From an uncultured Deinococcaceae bacterium (GTDB taxonomy: Bacteria > Deinococcota > Deinococci > Deinococcales > Deinococcaceae), in contig CAXULY010000024.1 of the NCBI GenBank assembly GCA_964252075.1, positions 22,701-86,700 of the forward strand: a DNA stretch of 64,000 bases, given 5' to 3'. The position numbers and the translations under genes are program-made. Of this stretch, positions 10,532 to 21,794 are shown one piece after another. Position 1 is the first letter of the stretch; the number at the start of each line of letters is the position of its first letter. Below the pieces are notes generated by a model that had not been told where the DNA came from, did no database searches, and saw nothing but the letters and a program-made list of their open reading frames with translations.

Positions 10532-10867
10532 TCACCACCAGTAATAGCGGTGGATGGAGTACTCCCAGGTGTCGTTGTCGACGCAGATCTGGTACCACCA
10601 CACGCCGATGTTAAACGGCAGGCCGCAGTTGGATGGTCGGTTCTGGGTGTGCAGGGCGGATCGTGAGGGATCGATGGTCGGTGTGTGGTGTCCCATCCAG
10701 CGGGCGTCCTGCCGCCCGAGCCATGAGGTGACGCCCGGATCGGCGCCCGCGGCCAACAGGCGGTCCACGACCATGGTGGGCGCGGGAGGGCCCGCTGGGG
10801 TTTGCCCGCAGGCGTTGAGGCCCAGCAGGGCCGCCGCGGCCACGGTCAGTGCCATGATCTTGTTCAT
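10532..10867 (-). CDS. Small lipoprotein
   Basis: Lipobox LNAC; RBS aggag; Trp/Tyr-rich C-terminus with two Cys. Confidence 0.6.
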   Translation of the reverse strand: MNKIMALTVAAAALLGLNACGQTPAGPPAPTMVVDRLLAAGADPGVTSWLGRQDARWMGHHTPTIDPSRSALHTQNRPSNCGLPFNIGVWWYQICVDNDTWEYSIHRYYWW

Positions 10868-11515
10868 CGTGTCTCCTCGTCAAGGTGTGATGGGCGGGCG
10901 GTGGTGGCCGATGGGATCTCCACGAGGATGCGCGCCGCGTCACGCAGAAACACGGCTTGAATCTGCCCGAACGGTCCGGGCGCCGACCGCGCGCCTGCTG
11001 GGCCCGGACCTTTTCGCTCTGGAGGTCGTCTCGTGCGCCACCGCCCTGTGTTGGCGGTCCTCACGGACGCGCCCGCGATGGGGTGCGCGCCGCCTGGCGT
11101 GTGGCGCCATCCTGTCCATGGCTGATTGAAGGGACCACCTGGGGCCTCCTTGCGTTGACCTGGGTCAGGCGTTTCAGTGCTCCGTAGGGCGTGCAGTGGT
11201 CCAAGTGGGCGGGCCCACCGACGCCGCCGCAGGGTCCCGCCCACCAGTCAGGCGGTGGATGGCGTGAAGGGCCCTGCGTTGCCCGAGCTTGAACACCACC
11301 CGTCCAGCGGTCAGGCCCTGCGTGGGGCTGCCGTCGCCCCAGTCGGTAAGGCCTGACCCCTGTTCCTGCGCGCGGTTCGGAACGTGATGCCCAGCGTGGA
11401 GACCAGCAGGCCCTGCAGGGCCTGCTGGAGGGCGAGGCGCGGCGGCTGGCGGAGATGCACCGCCGGTCCTGACGCGCTTCACGTGCGCGTCAGGCGCCGC
11501 GGTCACACTGCGGAC

Positions 11516-12220
11516 GTGTTGCGTGCCCTCCTCCCCGCTGTGCTGCTGTTTGGGACGGCCCTGGCCTTCCACCAGAACGCCCCGACGAAGCCCGACCCGA
11601 AACGTACCCCCGGTGACGTCCTGACCACCGACAAGACCGTTATCTGCGTGCCTGGGTACACCAAAACCGTCCGCAACGTCCCACAGACCTTGAAAGAACA
11701 GGTGTACCGCGCGTACGGCATCACCAGCCACGAGAAGGGGGAATTTGAGGTTGATCACCTCGTTTCACTCGAACTCGGCGGGTCGAACAGCGTCCTCAAC
11801 CTCTGGCCGGAGAGTTACAAAACCATGCCGCTCAACGCGCACGTCAAGGACACCCTCGAGAACAAATTGCACGACCTCGCCTGCAGCGGAATGATCAGCA
11901 TGCAGGCCGCGCAGCAGGCCATCGCCACGGATTGGGAGGCGGCGTACGTGAAGTACGTCGGCCCGCTCCCCGGCGGGGGCAGCGCGGCCCCCACCGGCAC
12001 CCTCGCCCCCAGCACTCCGGGTGCTACTCCCAGCGCCACGGCGGCCTCCAGTGCCCCCAACCCGGACGGGTCCTGCCCCTCAAACGCCCCCATCAAGGTC
12101 AGCAGGAGTGGGATCTTCCACCTGCCGCAAGGCGACCCGAACTACACCCGCACGCACGCTAGAGCCTGCTACCCGAACGCCGCGAGCGCGCAGGCGGCCG
12201 GGTACCGGGGGGGCCGGTGA
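11516..12220 (+). CDS. Secreted HNH-like nuclease with a small C-terminal Cys-containing domain
   Basis: Signal peptide; EVDHLVSLELGGSN..NLWPE HNH-like motif; C-terminal CP...IK...SGIFH...Y...C...AQAAGYR. Confidence 0.7.
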   Translation: MLRALLPAVLLFGTALAFHQNAPTKPDPKRTPGDVLTTDKTVICVPGYTKTVRNVPQTLKEQVYRAYGITSHEKGEFEVDHLVSLELGGSNSVLNLWPESYKTMPLNAHVKDTLENKLHDLACSGMISMQAAQQAIATDWEAAYVKYVGPLPGGGSAAPTGTLAPSTPGATPSATAASSAPNPDGSCPSNAPIKVSRSGIFHLPQGDPNYTRTHARACYPNAASAQAAGYRGGR

Positions 12221-12534
12221 GCCTGCCGAGCGGCGTGGAGGCGCACGTGATCCTCGCGGACGGCGGGGACGGCGGGGCGCTGACAGATAGGGAGGAGCAC
12301 CTGGTCCTCAAGACGGGCGCACTGCTCAAGGCCGACCCGCACTGGGTGGGCCTGACGGATCCGACCCTCAGCCGCATTGAGGCGAACCGCGGCCTGACCG
12401 ACACCACGCCCGGCTTCCTGTACCTGCGGTACCGCGTCACGGGCGGTGGCCCCCAGGAATTCTGGGCGCACTGGGGGAACCACGACCACGTGAGCTGGAC
12501 CACCGGGCAGGTCAGCGTCAAAGCAGGCCCCTGA
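12217..12534 (+). CDS. Hypothetical protein
   Basis: GTGA-coupled to the upstream gene; GC-rich codon pattern. Confidence 0.55.
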   Translation: MSLPSGVEAHVILADGGDGGALTDREEHLVLKTGALLKADPHWVGLTDPTLSRIEANRGLTDTTPGFLYLRYRVTGGGPQEFWAHWGNHDHVSWTTGQVSVKAGP

Positions 12535-12617
12535 CCCGTCCAGATCACCGCCGGTCAACACCCATGCCCCTGCCACTGTGCCGTGATGCTCGGCACATCC
12601 ACTCTTGGAGGACCACC

Positions 12618-12974
12618 ATGACGAAAACCAAGAAGACCGCCCCGAAAGCCCAAGCCGCTCCCCTGGTTGAAGCGCCCAAAGCGGAAGCGGGCAAGATCGC
12701 CAAGACCGAACTCACCAACCAGGTCGCCAGCAAGGCGAACCTCACCAAGCAGCAGGCGGGTGAGGCGGTGAACGCGGCGCTCGACGTCATCGCCGAAGCC
12801 ATCCGCAGCGGCAAGACCGTGGGGCTGCCGGGCATCGGGACCTTCAGCGTGAAGGCCACCGCCGCGCGCACGGGCGTGCGCCCCGGCACCAGCGAGAAGA
12901 TCCAGATCCCCGCGTGGAAGAAAGTCTCGTACAAGGTCGCCACGGACCTCAAGCAGGGCCTGAGCGCCGACTGA
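12618..12974 (+). CDS. hup: HU family DNA-binding protein (deinococcal type, Lys/Ala/Pro-rich N-terminal tail)
   Basis: KTELTNQVA...[35 protein letters not shown] ggagg. Confidence 0.92.
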   Translation: MTKTKKTAPKAQAAPLVEAPKAEAGKIAKTELTNQVASKANLTKQQAGEAVNAALDVIAEAIRSGKTVGLPGIGTFSVKATAARTGVRPGTSEKIQIPAWKKVSYKVATDLKQGLSAD

Positions 12975-13693
12975 CCGTCGCGCAACCGCGCAACCCCCGT
13001 CGGACGTCCACGTGGCGGGCAGGAGCGGGACGAGGCGCGCTGCGCCGAAGACGAGCGGGTCGAGAGGATCGGGGCCCTCGGCATGCGACCGGTGGAGCGC
13101 GCGGCGCCTGGGCTCACCCTGGAGGCGGGCCTCGCGGCCACACGCGTGGAGCGTGTTTCCACATAAGTCGGGGAGTGGCGCGCGGGGCTGGGAGCCGAGC
13201 AACGCAAGCGCGGTGGAGCCCCAACGCCGGGATGAGGAAACGCACCGTCAGGTCGGCGAGGTCAAGCGCCGAATGGAAAGCTTCCGCGAGGAAGGGAGCG
13301 CCGCGCGCGCAGCCCATGACGGTGCGGGACGAGCGGCAGGGCCAGCGCGAGGCGTTGCCCGGCGTGCGGGAGGAGGCGCTTGTGGAAAGGGAGCAGACAG
13401 AAACAACGCGAGTGGCCCTCCAGGCGGAGCTCGGCGCTGCCCGGGCGTGTCTGGACGAGGAACGCCTGACGCATCAAGTCGCCTTCGATGCGGCGCGCGC
13501 AGGTCGTCACCGGGAAACCGCGCGGGCCGTGGCGGTCGCGGAGCGGGACGTCTTGCGCGCGGAGGTCAAGTGCTTCTGGCGGCAGGTGGTGCAGCGCCAG
13601 CCGCGGCGTGCGGGGGCTGGTCCCCCCGAGGTGCGCCCAGACGGCGCCGCTCCCGATGGCGCGCGGGACACGTGCGGCGTGGAGGGGGAGCGC

Positions 13694-14425
13694 GTGGACG
13701 ATCCTGAGACGGACCGCCTGTACCCCGACGTCGAGCGGGCGGGGGGGCTCGCGCGCCTCCTCACCCAGCGCCTGGAGGCGCGGTTCCCCGGCGAGGCGCT
13801 CGCGCTGGACGGTGGGGGCGCGTTCGACGCGGCCCACTTCCGACGTGGCGATCGCGACATACCGGTGATGCGCGCAAGTCGGAAGCGTTTATTCCTGGGG
13901 GACGTGTGGGAGCGCGGCGTGCAACTGGCGCGGTTCTCCACCGCGTCCGTGGAAGACCTGATCACCCTGGCGCGCCGGGCCCTCCAGCCCGGCGCGCCGG
14001 TGTCCGCGCTGCTCGCCGCGCGCCCGGAGGTCGAGGTGCTGCCGTGGGCACGGGCGTACGAGTTGGGGCCGGCGGCGTACGTCACGTACCGGTGGGAGGA
14101 GTTCCGCCCGCCACAGCAGGCCCAGCCGAAGTTCGAGGGCACATTCGACCTCGTACAGGCAGCCTCACGGGTGCCGGAACTGCGGCAGCTGCTGCCGTAC
14201 ACGAGCCACGCGGCGCTGGGTTTCAGCCGGTGCACGGGGTACCCGTTCACCCGCGACTGCCCGCTTCTGTACGCCCATCGAGGGCGCTTTCGCGTGGACG
14301 ACGCGGCGGGGCGGCCGCGGGGTGAGGGCACCCTGGAGGATGTCGTGCGCTTTGCGGTCACGCTGCTGCCCGCGGGGGTGGGGCCAGCGGTGCGCGGCAC
14401 CGCTCATGAGCTGAACGCGCCTTAG
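13694..14425 (+). CDS. DUF6193-like protein
   Basis: LYPDVERAGGLA...LRQLLPYTSH..LGFSRCTGYPFT..CP pattern; RBS before GTG 13694. Confidence 0.6.
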   Translation: MDDPETDRLYPDVERAGGLARLLTQRLEARFPGEALALDGGGAFDAAHFRRGDRDIPVMRASRKRLFLGDVWERGVQLARFSTASVEDLITLARRALQPGAPVSALLAARPEVEVLPWARAYELGPAAYVTYRWEEFRPPQQAQPKFEGTFDLVQAASRVPELRQLLPYTSHAALGFSRCTGYPFTRDCPLLYAHRGRFRVDDAAGRPRGEGTLEDVVRFAVTLLPAGVGPAVRGTAHELNAP

Positions 14426-14782
14426 TACGCGCTGGAGGGCCTGGCGTCACTGCTGACCGACCCAGAGGGGGTGTGGCGCGGTCCCGTGCGGCGCGAGGGG
14501 CTGTTGGCAGCGCTGCGGCTGACGGAACGCGATCCAGCCCTGCTGGGCGCCAGCGCGCACCTCCTGGCCGTGGGTTGGCGTTGAACCGCAGGGTCCGCAC
14601 CCACACCGAGACCGGGACTTCCCAGAGCAGCCAGCGCACGGGTGTTGCGGACCTGGCGTCCGGAGGCGCATGTTCCGACCGGTGGCCGCCCACGTTCCGC
14701 GCCTGCTGGGTGCCCTGGGACGGGTGCGGCGGACCTCACCGCACAGAGCCTCGCCGCGCGGCGCCGCCGTCCCGCGCGTGCA

Positions 14783-15106
14783 TCAAGCGAGGAGGCCCGC
14801 GGGGCTGCCTTCGAGGCGCAGGTCGTGCACGCCGTGAGGGGTGAACCGCACGCTCAGCACCTCGAACCCCTCGCCGCGCGCCGTGCGCTGCTCGCGCAGT
14901 TCCAGCAGGTCGTACGCCAGGTCCATCAGGACGTCCACGTCCAACTGCAGGGCCGTCCACGGGCCGTGCGGGTCGCGCCGCACGCGCAGGTCATGCTGCA
15001 CGTCCCGGCCCACCACCGCGCGGTACTGCCCCTCACTGAACGGTCCGAGGTCCGCGACCTCCAGCACCAGGCCAGCGATGATCGCCTCCAGGAGTTCATT
15101 CGTCAC
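14783..15106 (-). CDS. Hypothetical protein
   Basis: Globular-looking ORF (TNELLEAIIAGLVLEVADLG...); start uncertain. Confidence 0.4.
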   Translation of the reverse strand: MTNELLEAIIAGLVLEVADLGPFSEGQYRAVVGRDVQHDLRVRRDPHGPWTALQLDVDVLMDLAYDLLELREQRTARGEGFEVLSVRFTPHGVHDLRLEGSPAGLLA

Positions 15107-15542
15107 TGTGCCGTGACGGTACCACGCCACCCCCACCTCACCTCGCCCGTTCGCACACCACCGCATCAGGGCGTGAACCGTGTGAACACCAGACCGTCAA
15201 GGCCACCGTGCTCACTGCACGGCGGCCTTGACCTGGGCGGTGTGGTTCGGCGCTGGATCAGCACCCTGGGCATGGGTCGACCGGCCAACTGCTGCTCGGC
15301 GCGGCGCCTTCGCACCCGGCGCCGATCTCCACAGGCACGCGCGCGCACTCCGGGCAGAGGGGCGGGGGTCGGCGTCGCCACAGCCTCCTGCGGTTCAATC
15401 ACCTCCTCATGGTCCCGCTTCGCCGCACGCCGGACCGCCGAACCGGCGCGCACGGCGACCTGCCCCTCGCCCTTTTTGCGTTCCGGACAGCGCGTCTCAC
15501 CGCGCCGCAGGGTGACTCAACGCCTGCGCGCTGGCAGCCTCA

Positions 15543-16100
15543 GTGCAGATGGACAGCGCCCTGCTCGGTAACCTGCACCGCCTCGACCCCCTCGCGGACC
15601 TCCGCCACGCCCGGCGCGTCACGACGCTCGCCCTCCGCCTCGCGCGCCTCACCGACGCCGACGTGCCCGAAGCGGACCTCGCCACCACCTTCCACGACCT
15701 CGGCAAAGTCCACCTGGCGGACCTCGCCCGCCCCTTCACGCCCGATGAGTGCGCCCAGATGGAGCCGCACGCCACGGCCGGCGAGGCCCTGCTGCGGCAG
15801 ATCCCGCGGGTGACCCGCACCGCGCGGCTGGGCGTCCTGCACCACCACGAACGCTGGGACGGCCGTGGGGACCCGAACGGCCAGCAGGGCGCGACCATCC
15901 CGCTGGTCGCGCGCCTGGTGGCCGCCCTCGACGTCCATGACGCCCTCACCCACCCCCGGCCCGACCGCGGACCGTGGACGTGCACGCGCGCCCTGGCCTC
16001 CATCCAGAGGGAGGCGGGGCGGCATTTCGACCCCACCTCGCCGTGGCGTTCCAGCAGCGCGCCGTTCCTGCACGCGGACGCGCAGGCGGTGGGCGCGTGA
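15543..16100 (+). pseudogene. HD-GYP domain protein, degenerate
   Basis: HDLGK, HHERWDGRGDP (GYP replaced by GDP), IPLVARLVA.LDVHDAL..PRP; C-terminus derails after HFDP. Confidence 0.7.
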
Positions 16101-16184
16101 GCGCGCGCCGCTTTCCGCTCCCCCACGGGGCCGGTCCCACATCCTCGCCGAGAGCGGGCGGCGCGCGGTCACCCGGACGCTGGC

Positions 16185-16760
16185 GTGCTGCCCACTGACG
16201 TCCACCTCGCCCTGACGCGCGCCGCGCCCACCCTCGCGCAGGCTGTGCGGCGCGCGCAGCCGGACCTCCCCATCACCGACGCAGCCACGGCCGCCCTGCT
16301 CACCGCCCTGGCCCTGCGGATGTACGCGCTGCTCACCCAGCACGCCCCCGAGGGCGCCCAGGTGCGCTTCCGCACCGACCAGCAGCAGGCTGAGGTGGCG
16401 CTGCTGCTGGGGCGCGCGGGGCGCGGGGTGTGGGTGGTGGACCTCGCCCGCGCGGTGATGTTCACGCCGGACGGCGTTACCCTCACCCCGGTGTTCACCG
16501 AGCACGGCCTGAACGGCGACGACGTGCCCACATTCATCGTGTTCCTCGCACAGCACGACCCGGCCGAACGCCTGCTCCAGCGCACCGCCCGCCAGGTGAT
16601 TCGCGCCGCGCAGCTGATGCAGGGCGGGCTGAGCGAACTGGAGGCCGACCACGTGGCAGTCCAGGAGCATTTCGAGGGCGAACCAGACGTGACGCTGCGC
16701 CACGTGACGCCCGACGGTCGCCCCCGCACGGTGGCGCGCGGCCGCACGCACGACGCCTGA
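16185..16760 (+). CDS. Hypothetical protein
   Basis: 191-aa ORF with typical codon usage, upstream of the PRTRC genes. Confidence 0.5.
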   Translation: MLPTDVHLALTRAAPTLAQAVRRAQPDLPITDAATAALLTALALRMYALLTQHAPEGAQVRFRTDQQQAEVALLLGRAGRGVWVVDLARAVMFTPDGVTLTPVFTEHGLNGDDVPTFIVFLAQHDPAERLLQRTARQVIRAAQLMQGGLSELEADHVAVQEHFEGEPDVTLRHVTPDGRPRTVARGRTHDA

Positions 16761-16826
16761 CGGCGGGAGGAACATCACCGCCCGCGAAGGAACGCGGGCG
16801 GTGTGGGCGGGGCACAAGGAGCGCCC

Positions 16827-17939
16827 ATGACCCAACACCAGCGGCCCCACGCCCCCACGCGTCCCCTCCCCCTGACCCTCAGTGACGAAGGCGCGCTCAC
16901 CCTGGGTGAGCTCATCGGCGAGATCACGGACCTGTGGAAACAGACCAAACCCAGAGGGGTCCGCACGCAGGCGGAGGCCTGCTTCGCGAAGTACCCCAAG
17001 GTCCGCGAGGACCGCGAGCAGGCGCGGTCGTTGCGCGCCGAGCTGCGGCTCTTGCTCGGGCTGGACGCGCCAACCGAGCCGGACGCTTCGGGTGCGGCGC
17101 CGTTTGCCATCCTCGACCTTTCCCCACGCACCCGCAGCGACGCGGCGGACGAGGTGCAGGTTGACGCACCCACGCCAGACGCGGCCCACCCCACCGACGA
17201 GGAGGGTGACGAGCCCGAAGGGGACCAGGAGGGGGAAGCGGACCCCGGCGACGCGGCCGCGCCGCCCGAGGAGCCCACCGCACCCACCGTCACCCCACCG
17301 GTCAACGCCCCGCAGACGGACCCGCGCTGGCCGGACGGCACCCTCGGCACCGGCTTCCTGAGCGCCCTCGCCGCAACCCTCGCGAGCGGCGACAGTGTCC
17401 AGTTCAACTTCACGCGCGCGGGCGGGCAGCTGCACGTCACGGTGATCCCGAAGCGGGTGCTGGGCGAGCCGGGCAGCACCGCGCAGCCACTCGCGGTGAG
17501 CGGCACGCCCGCGGAGCTGGACGCGGACCTGCGGACCGCGCTGGGCCTGTACGGCGCCGCGCGGCAGACGGCGCGCGACGCGGCGAACGAACTGCTGCGC
17601 CGCACGTATGAGGCCGCCGAGAAAGCCAAGGCCGCCAAAACCACCGCGAGCACCTCGAAGCCATCCTCCGCGCAGACGGCGGAGCAGACCCGCGTGAAGC
17701 ACCAGGCGAGCGTGACCGTGCGGGCCCCTGAGGGCGCGGTCATCACCCTGACGGACGCGAAGGGCGGCACGCAGATGCTGCAGGCGGGCGTGGGGGTAAA
17801 GCTGGACGCGCAGCGCGTTATGGTGAAGGTGGAGCTCAATGGGCACGAGCCGTTCACGTCCGTCCTGACGCTCAAACCGCGTGAGGAGAAGGTCGTGCCG
17901 GCCACCCTCAAACCGCTGGATCAGGGAGGGCTGTTCTGA
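16827..17939 (+). CDS. PRTRC system protein E-like
   Basis: FLSALAATL...QLHVTVIPK...PLAVSGTPAELDA core of PRTRC-E, with an acidic linker and C-terminal QGGLF. Confidence 0.75.
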   Translation: MTQHQRPHAPTRPLPLTLSDEGALTLGELIGEITDLWKQTKPRGVRTQAEACFAKYPKVREDREQARSLRAELRLLLGLDAPTEPDASGAAPFAILDLSPRTRSDAADEVQVDAPTPDAAHPTDEEGDEPEGDQEGEADPGDAAAPPEEPTAPTVTPPVNAPQTDPRWPDGTLGTGFLSALAATLASGDSVQFNFTRAGGQLHVTVIPKRVLGEPGSTAQPLAVSGTPAELDADLRTALGLYGAARQTARDAANELLRRTYEAAEKAKAAKTTASTSKPSSAQTAEQTRVKHQASVTVRAPEGAVITLTDAKGGTQMLQAGVGVKLDAQRVMVKVELNGHEPFTSVLTLKPREEKVVPATLKPLDQGGLF

Positions 17940-17944
17940 AAGCC

Positions 17945-18670
17945 GTGACCATCCCCCTGGCGGTCCAGGGGTACTGCGCTCCGTTGCACGTGCCCCTCGA
18001 CGCGGCAGCGGTGCGCGGCTGGCGGTCCGCCCTCACGCGGACCGCCCGGGGCGCGCCGGGCGTGCTGGCGGTCACGCTCCCCGCTCCGGATTTGCGCTGG
18101 CCTCCAGAAGCCCCATGCCATTGGATCACCCCACCGTCACCGTGGGCCAGACCGGCCTGACCTTCGCGGTGGTCGATCCACCCCTGATCAGCGCGGAACT
18201 CAGCGACGCCGCAATGGGCGTAGCGCTCGGCGTGCCGGTCGAGTCCCTGTGGGCGCCTGCGAGCGTGCCGCTGTCCCTGACGCTCACCGTGCTGCTCACC
18301 GCGCCCGGCCTGACGCGCGCGTGGCTCGACGCCCCCACCCGAGCGGACACTCCCGAGCGGCGAGGTCACCGTCACGGGCGACGGGCAGGCCGCCACGCCT
18401 GACCCGGACGCGTTCGAGGCGGGCCGGGACGCGGCGCTCGTGCAGCTCGCCATGCACCACCAGGTCAGCCCGGCCTTCGACCTGTTCGCCCGGCTCTTCG
18501 AAGACCTGTACGCGCACAACGCGCAGCTGCGGGAGATCGCCGACACTGACCCCCAGCGGGGCCTCGCGGGCTGGCAGACCGCGGACCCGCACGGCACCAT
18601 GGCCCGCCTTTGGGCAGCTCTTCACCCCCAGCGACGCCGCTGGGGGTGCCTTCCCTTGCACGAAAGCGAG
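17945..18670 (+). pseudogene. Frameshifted hypothetical gene within the PRTRC cassette
   Basis: Coding-like segments continue across different frames (MTIPLAVQG.., MPLDHPT.., VQLAMHHQVS..). Confidence 0.4.
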
Positions 18671-18677
18671 GCACCCC

Positions 18678-18887
18678 ATGAAGATCACCCCTGTCACCCG
18701 GCGCATCCGCCACCACGACCAGGAACTCCCCGACACCAACCCCAGCGCCCCCATCCAGGACGTGGTGCGCGGCTACGCCACCCTGTACCCCGAGCTCCTC
18801 AACGCTGATTTGGAAGGACCCGTGATGTCGGATGACCAGAGTGAAGCGCTCTACACCGTCAAGGCCCGCGCCGCCTACAAGGGATGA
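18678..18887 (+). CDS. PRTRC system protein C (ubiquitin-like)
   Basis: MKITPVTRR..ELPDTNPS...YATLYPELLNA..EGP...AAYKG; 69 aa ending in KG. Confidence 0.8.
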   Translation: MKITPVTRRIRHHDQELPDTNPSAPIQDVVRGYATLYPELLNADLEGPVMSDDQSEALYTVKARAAYKG

Positions 18888-18896
18888 GGTGCTGAC

Positions 18897-20164
18897 ATGG
18901 CTCGACGCACAACGGACCCGCACCTCGCGCCCCGCCCGGAGCGCCCCCATCCCGGAACACGACAGCCCCCTGCAGCTCGCCGTCGCGCGCAGCATCCTGA
19001 GCGCCGCCGTCACGCCCGGCCCCCTGCCGCTCACCAGCGACGACATCCCCCTGCTGCCCTGACGATCAGCGCGCTGATCCTCCAGGGCGTGCAGCTCAAC
19101 GGCCTGCCCCTGGCGCTCACCAGCACCGAGGTCGCGCAGGCGAAGGTTGCACCGCTGTTCGCCAGCGGCCTGCTGCCCATCACGCCCCCTGAGGACGGGC
19201 AGACGCCACTGGAGTACCTGCGCTCGGCCTTGCAGGACTGGGCGCTGGCGCACCCGGGGGAATTCACCCTCAGCCTGAACGACCCGGACGCGTACCTCGA
19301 AGAGACCCTCGAGTCCGGCTCGGTGGACGATCATGACCTGGAGCACGTGCGCGGCAAGAAGGGGGGCGTGCTGGCCGTCATCGACCCGCCCGAGTGCCGG
19401 GTGTTCAGCGCGCAGCGCTTCTTCCGCCGCATGGCGCGCGCCAGCAACAAGCGGGGGCGCAGGTGGTGGCGGCGCTGGAGCGGGCGTCCATGCACAGCTG
19501 CGCGGTGTTCGGCCCGAGCACCGTCACCTCGTCCCTCGACGGGTGGGACCCGGAGGTGTCCTGGCGGGACGTGCGCGACAGCATCGCCCAGGAGCGCGGC
19601 ATCACGAGCGGCGCCGTGACGCGCGAGATGCTGCGCGCGTACCTGGCCGAGCATGACCTGGGCGAACCGGACCGCGCGCAGCGCGCCCTCGGCAAGGTCG
19701 TGATCCGCGCGCTCAAGCGGCGCACCGAGATCCCGGAGTTGCGGGTGCTGGCCGGGCGGCTCCAGCCGACCGAAGCGGCGCGGGTGCAGTCGCTGCTGGA
19801 CGACATCGAGCGTCTCGGTGTCATCAGCGAGGCGCTGCACGCGCTGGGTGGGGAGGCGACGGGTGAACTGGTGCGCGCGACGTGCGCGTCCTTCGTCACG
19901 CCGGCCTTCGTGCTGGACGTGATGAGCGCCGAGGACCTGGAGCGCGAGCACCGCTGGGGGCTGGTGCAGGAGGTGCTGGAGGAAGATTACCAGCAGCGCA
20001 TGAGCGCCGGGGAGAACCCCCCGCCCGTCCTCGCGATCTGCCTCTCGGGCGACGAGGGGTCCGCGCGAAATCTGAGGCGGGCCGTCGAGCTGATGGGCCA
20101 GGCGGAAGCGCTCACGCGCGCGTTGGTGCGGCGCATCCACGACTGGGGTGGCGACGCGGTTTGA
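18897..20164 (+). pseudogene. PRTRC system protein F-like, frameshifted near 19440-19460
   Basis: Position directly after PRTRC-C; two abutting coding frames (18897-19450 and 19450-20164). Confidence 0.45.
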
Positions 20165-20561
20165 GCGAGCGGCGGGGCGCTTTCACGGTGGTGTGGATGA
20201 CGTCCTCGACCCTCGCGATCCCACAGCGGGTCCAGGCCCGCCTCGCGGCGCTGCTGGCGGCAGGCTGGCAGGACTTCGCCATCAGCCGCGCCCTGACCGC
20301 GTGGGGCCTGATGGTGGGACGCGGCACCGTCCGGCAGCTCGCCCCGGGGGCAACGCCTACACAAGGCCTCCCTGGCGTTGCTGGCGGCGCTGCAGGACCT
20401 GGGAAAGGCTAGGTAGGGGATCAATGGCCACCGTGCGTCCTCCTGCTTCACGGGAACACTGCCGCGTGATGTCCTGACAGGTGCGGTTAGAGGGGAACAC
20501 AGAGACCCGCTGGAAGGGAGTTGCCTCACAACCTTTAGCGCGGTGGATCCGCGTGAGGATC

Positions 20562-20882
20562 TCAAGGCGCGCTTCGCCGCTCCCGCGGGCCCCCGGTCAT
20601 CGCGCTCAGGGATGATGGGCTCACCCTCGCCCGTGCGGGCGGGGCCGTCCGTGTCCCGCTCGTGGGCGCGGGGCGGGTTCGCCACCACTCGCGGAAAGAC
20701 TGCCGGGGCAGGGCGGGCAGGTCACGGGCGTCCGTCCAGCCTGAGAGCAAGCCGGGCAGGGCGCGAATTGTGCCGTTTCTGACGAGCGGCCCCTGTCCGG
20801 TGCGGGCGAGTTTGATGGCTCCCTCGAAGCGGTGAGGTTCCGCGAACACCCACGCCGTCGTTTTCAATGCGATCGCCTCCAA
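20562..20882 (-). pseudogene. C-terminal fragment of lactate utilization Fe-S protein LutB
   Basis: LPGLLSGWTDARDLPALPRQSFREWW matches the LutB C-terminus; 5' part missing. Confidence 0.65.
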
Positions 20883-21339
20883 GCTCAGCGGCTCAGCGAG
20901 GAACTGGCGATGAACGCGCTGGAAGAAGCGCTACTGCGCCTCGACGAGATCAACCATCTACCCCAACGCGCTGGTCTCGATGCATCCGCGCGTGGCGCGC
21001 GCTGTGATGTTCCTCCAGGAGCACCTCGCCGAGCGCATCACCCTGCCAGACGTCGCCAAAGCAGCGGGGCTGAGCGTCTCCCGCCTCGCGCACCTGTTCC
21101 TCCAAACGCTGCACGTACCCCCCATGCAGTTTCTGGAACATGAGCGCATCGAACAGGCGAAGCTGCTCCTCCACTTCGCCGCGCGTAGCGTGCAGGACAT
21201 TGCGGGTGACGTCGGCTTCGACAACGCGCTCTACTTCACCCGCCGCTTCCGGGAGCGTGTCCGGTGCAGCCCTAGGCAGTACCGCCGGGCGCAACAGCGA
21301 ACACCGATGACGGGGCTGCTGGCCACAGACGAACCATGA
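20880..21339 (+). pseudogene. 5'-truncated AraC-family regulator
   Basis: SEELAMNALEEALL then (frameshift) LSVSRLAHLF...VGFDNALYFTRRFR...SPRQYR AraC HTH. Confidence 0.75.
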
Positions 21340-21794
21340 CCTCAGAGCGCCGTGCGCAGATCGTGCATAGCTTGGAGGAGGTCGTGGGCGTGGGCGTGCC
21401 GCTCATCAACCGGATGCGCCGCCAGATTCAGGTAACGCCAGCTGGGGAGGCGCGCTCCCGCACGCGCGACGCGCCCTCAGCGCCGCGGAGGAGGCGCGGG
21501 TGGTGGGGGGCGTTGACCGGCCGTCCCTGTGGTTGGGTCCTTGGCGAGCGAGGTGCTAGAAGCGGTGTTCGAGGCGCGCGAACCGGGTGTGCGGCTTAGC
21601 CTGGTGTCCTTATCCCCCGACTGGTGAGGGTGTACGAGGCGATGCCCCTGCGCACTGGTTTCAACGACGCCTGCCTCAATTACCTCGGCCTCTTGTAGGT
21701 CGTGGGCGAGCGCGTGCGCGAGGCGGCGGAATGCCTACGTCATCCATAACTGCTACGCACGAGCACCACTGTGTTTGATGGAGGTGCGCCAACG

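Noticed and set aside
12914..13693. N-terminal half of the 503-aa ORF treated as part of the DUF6193-like protein
   Set aside because: It overlaps hup and looks like read-through of a decayed coiled-coil fragment; a good RBS and GTG exist at 13694.
15540..17846. 768-aa minus-strand ORF and similar long antisense ORFs (e.g. 6355-7785, 48729-50087, 33601-34962)
   Set aside because: These are shadow ORFs of high-GC genes on the opposite strand, with Arg/Gly-rich low-information translations.
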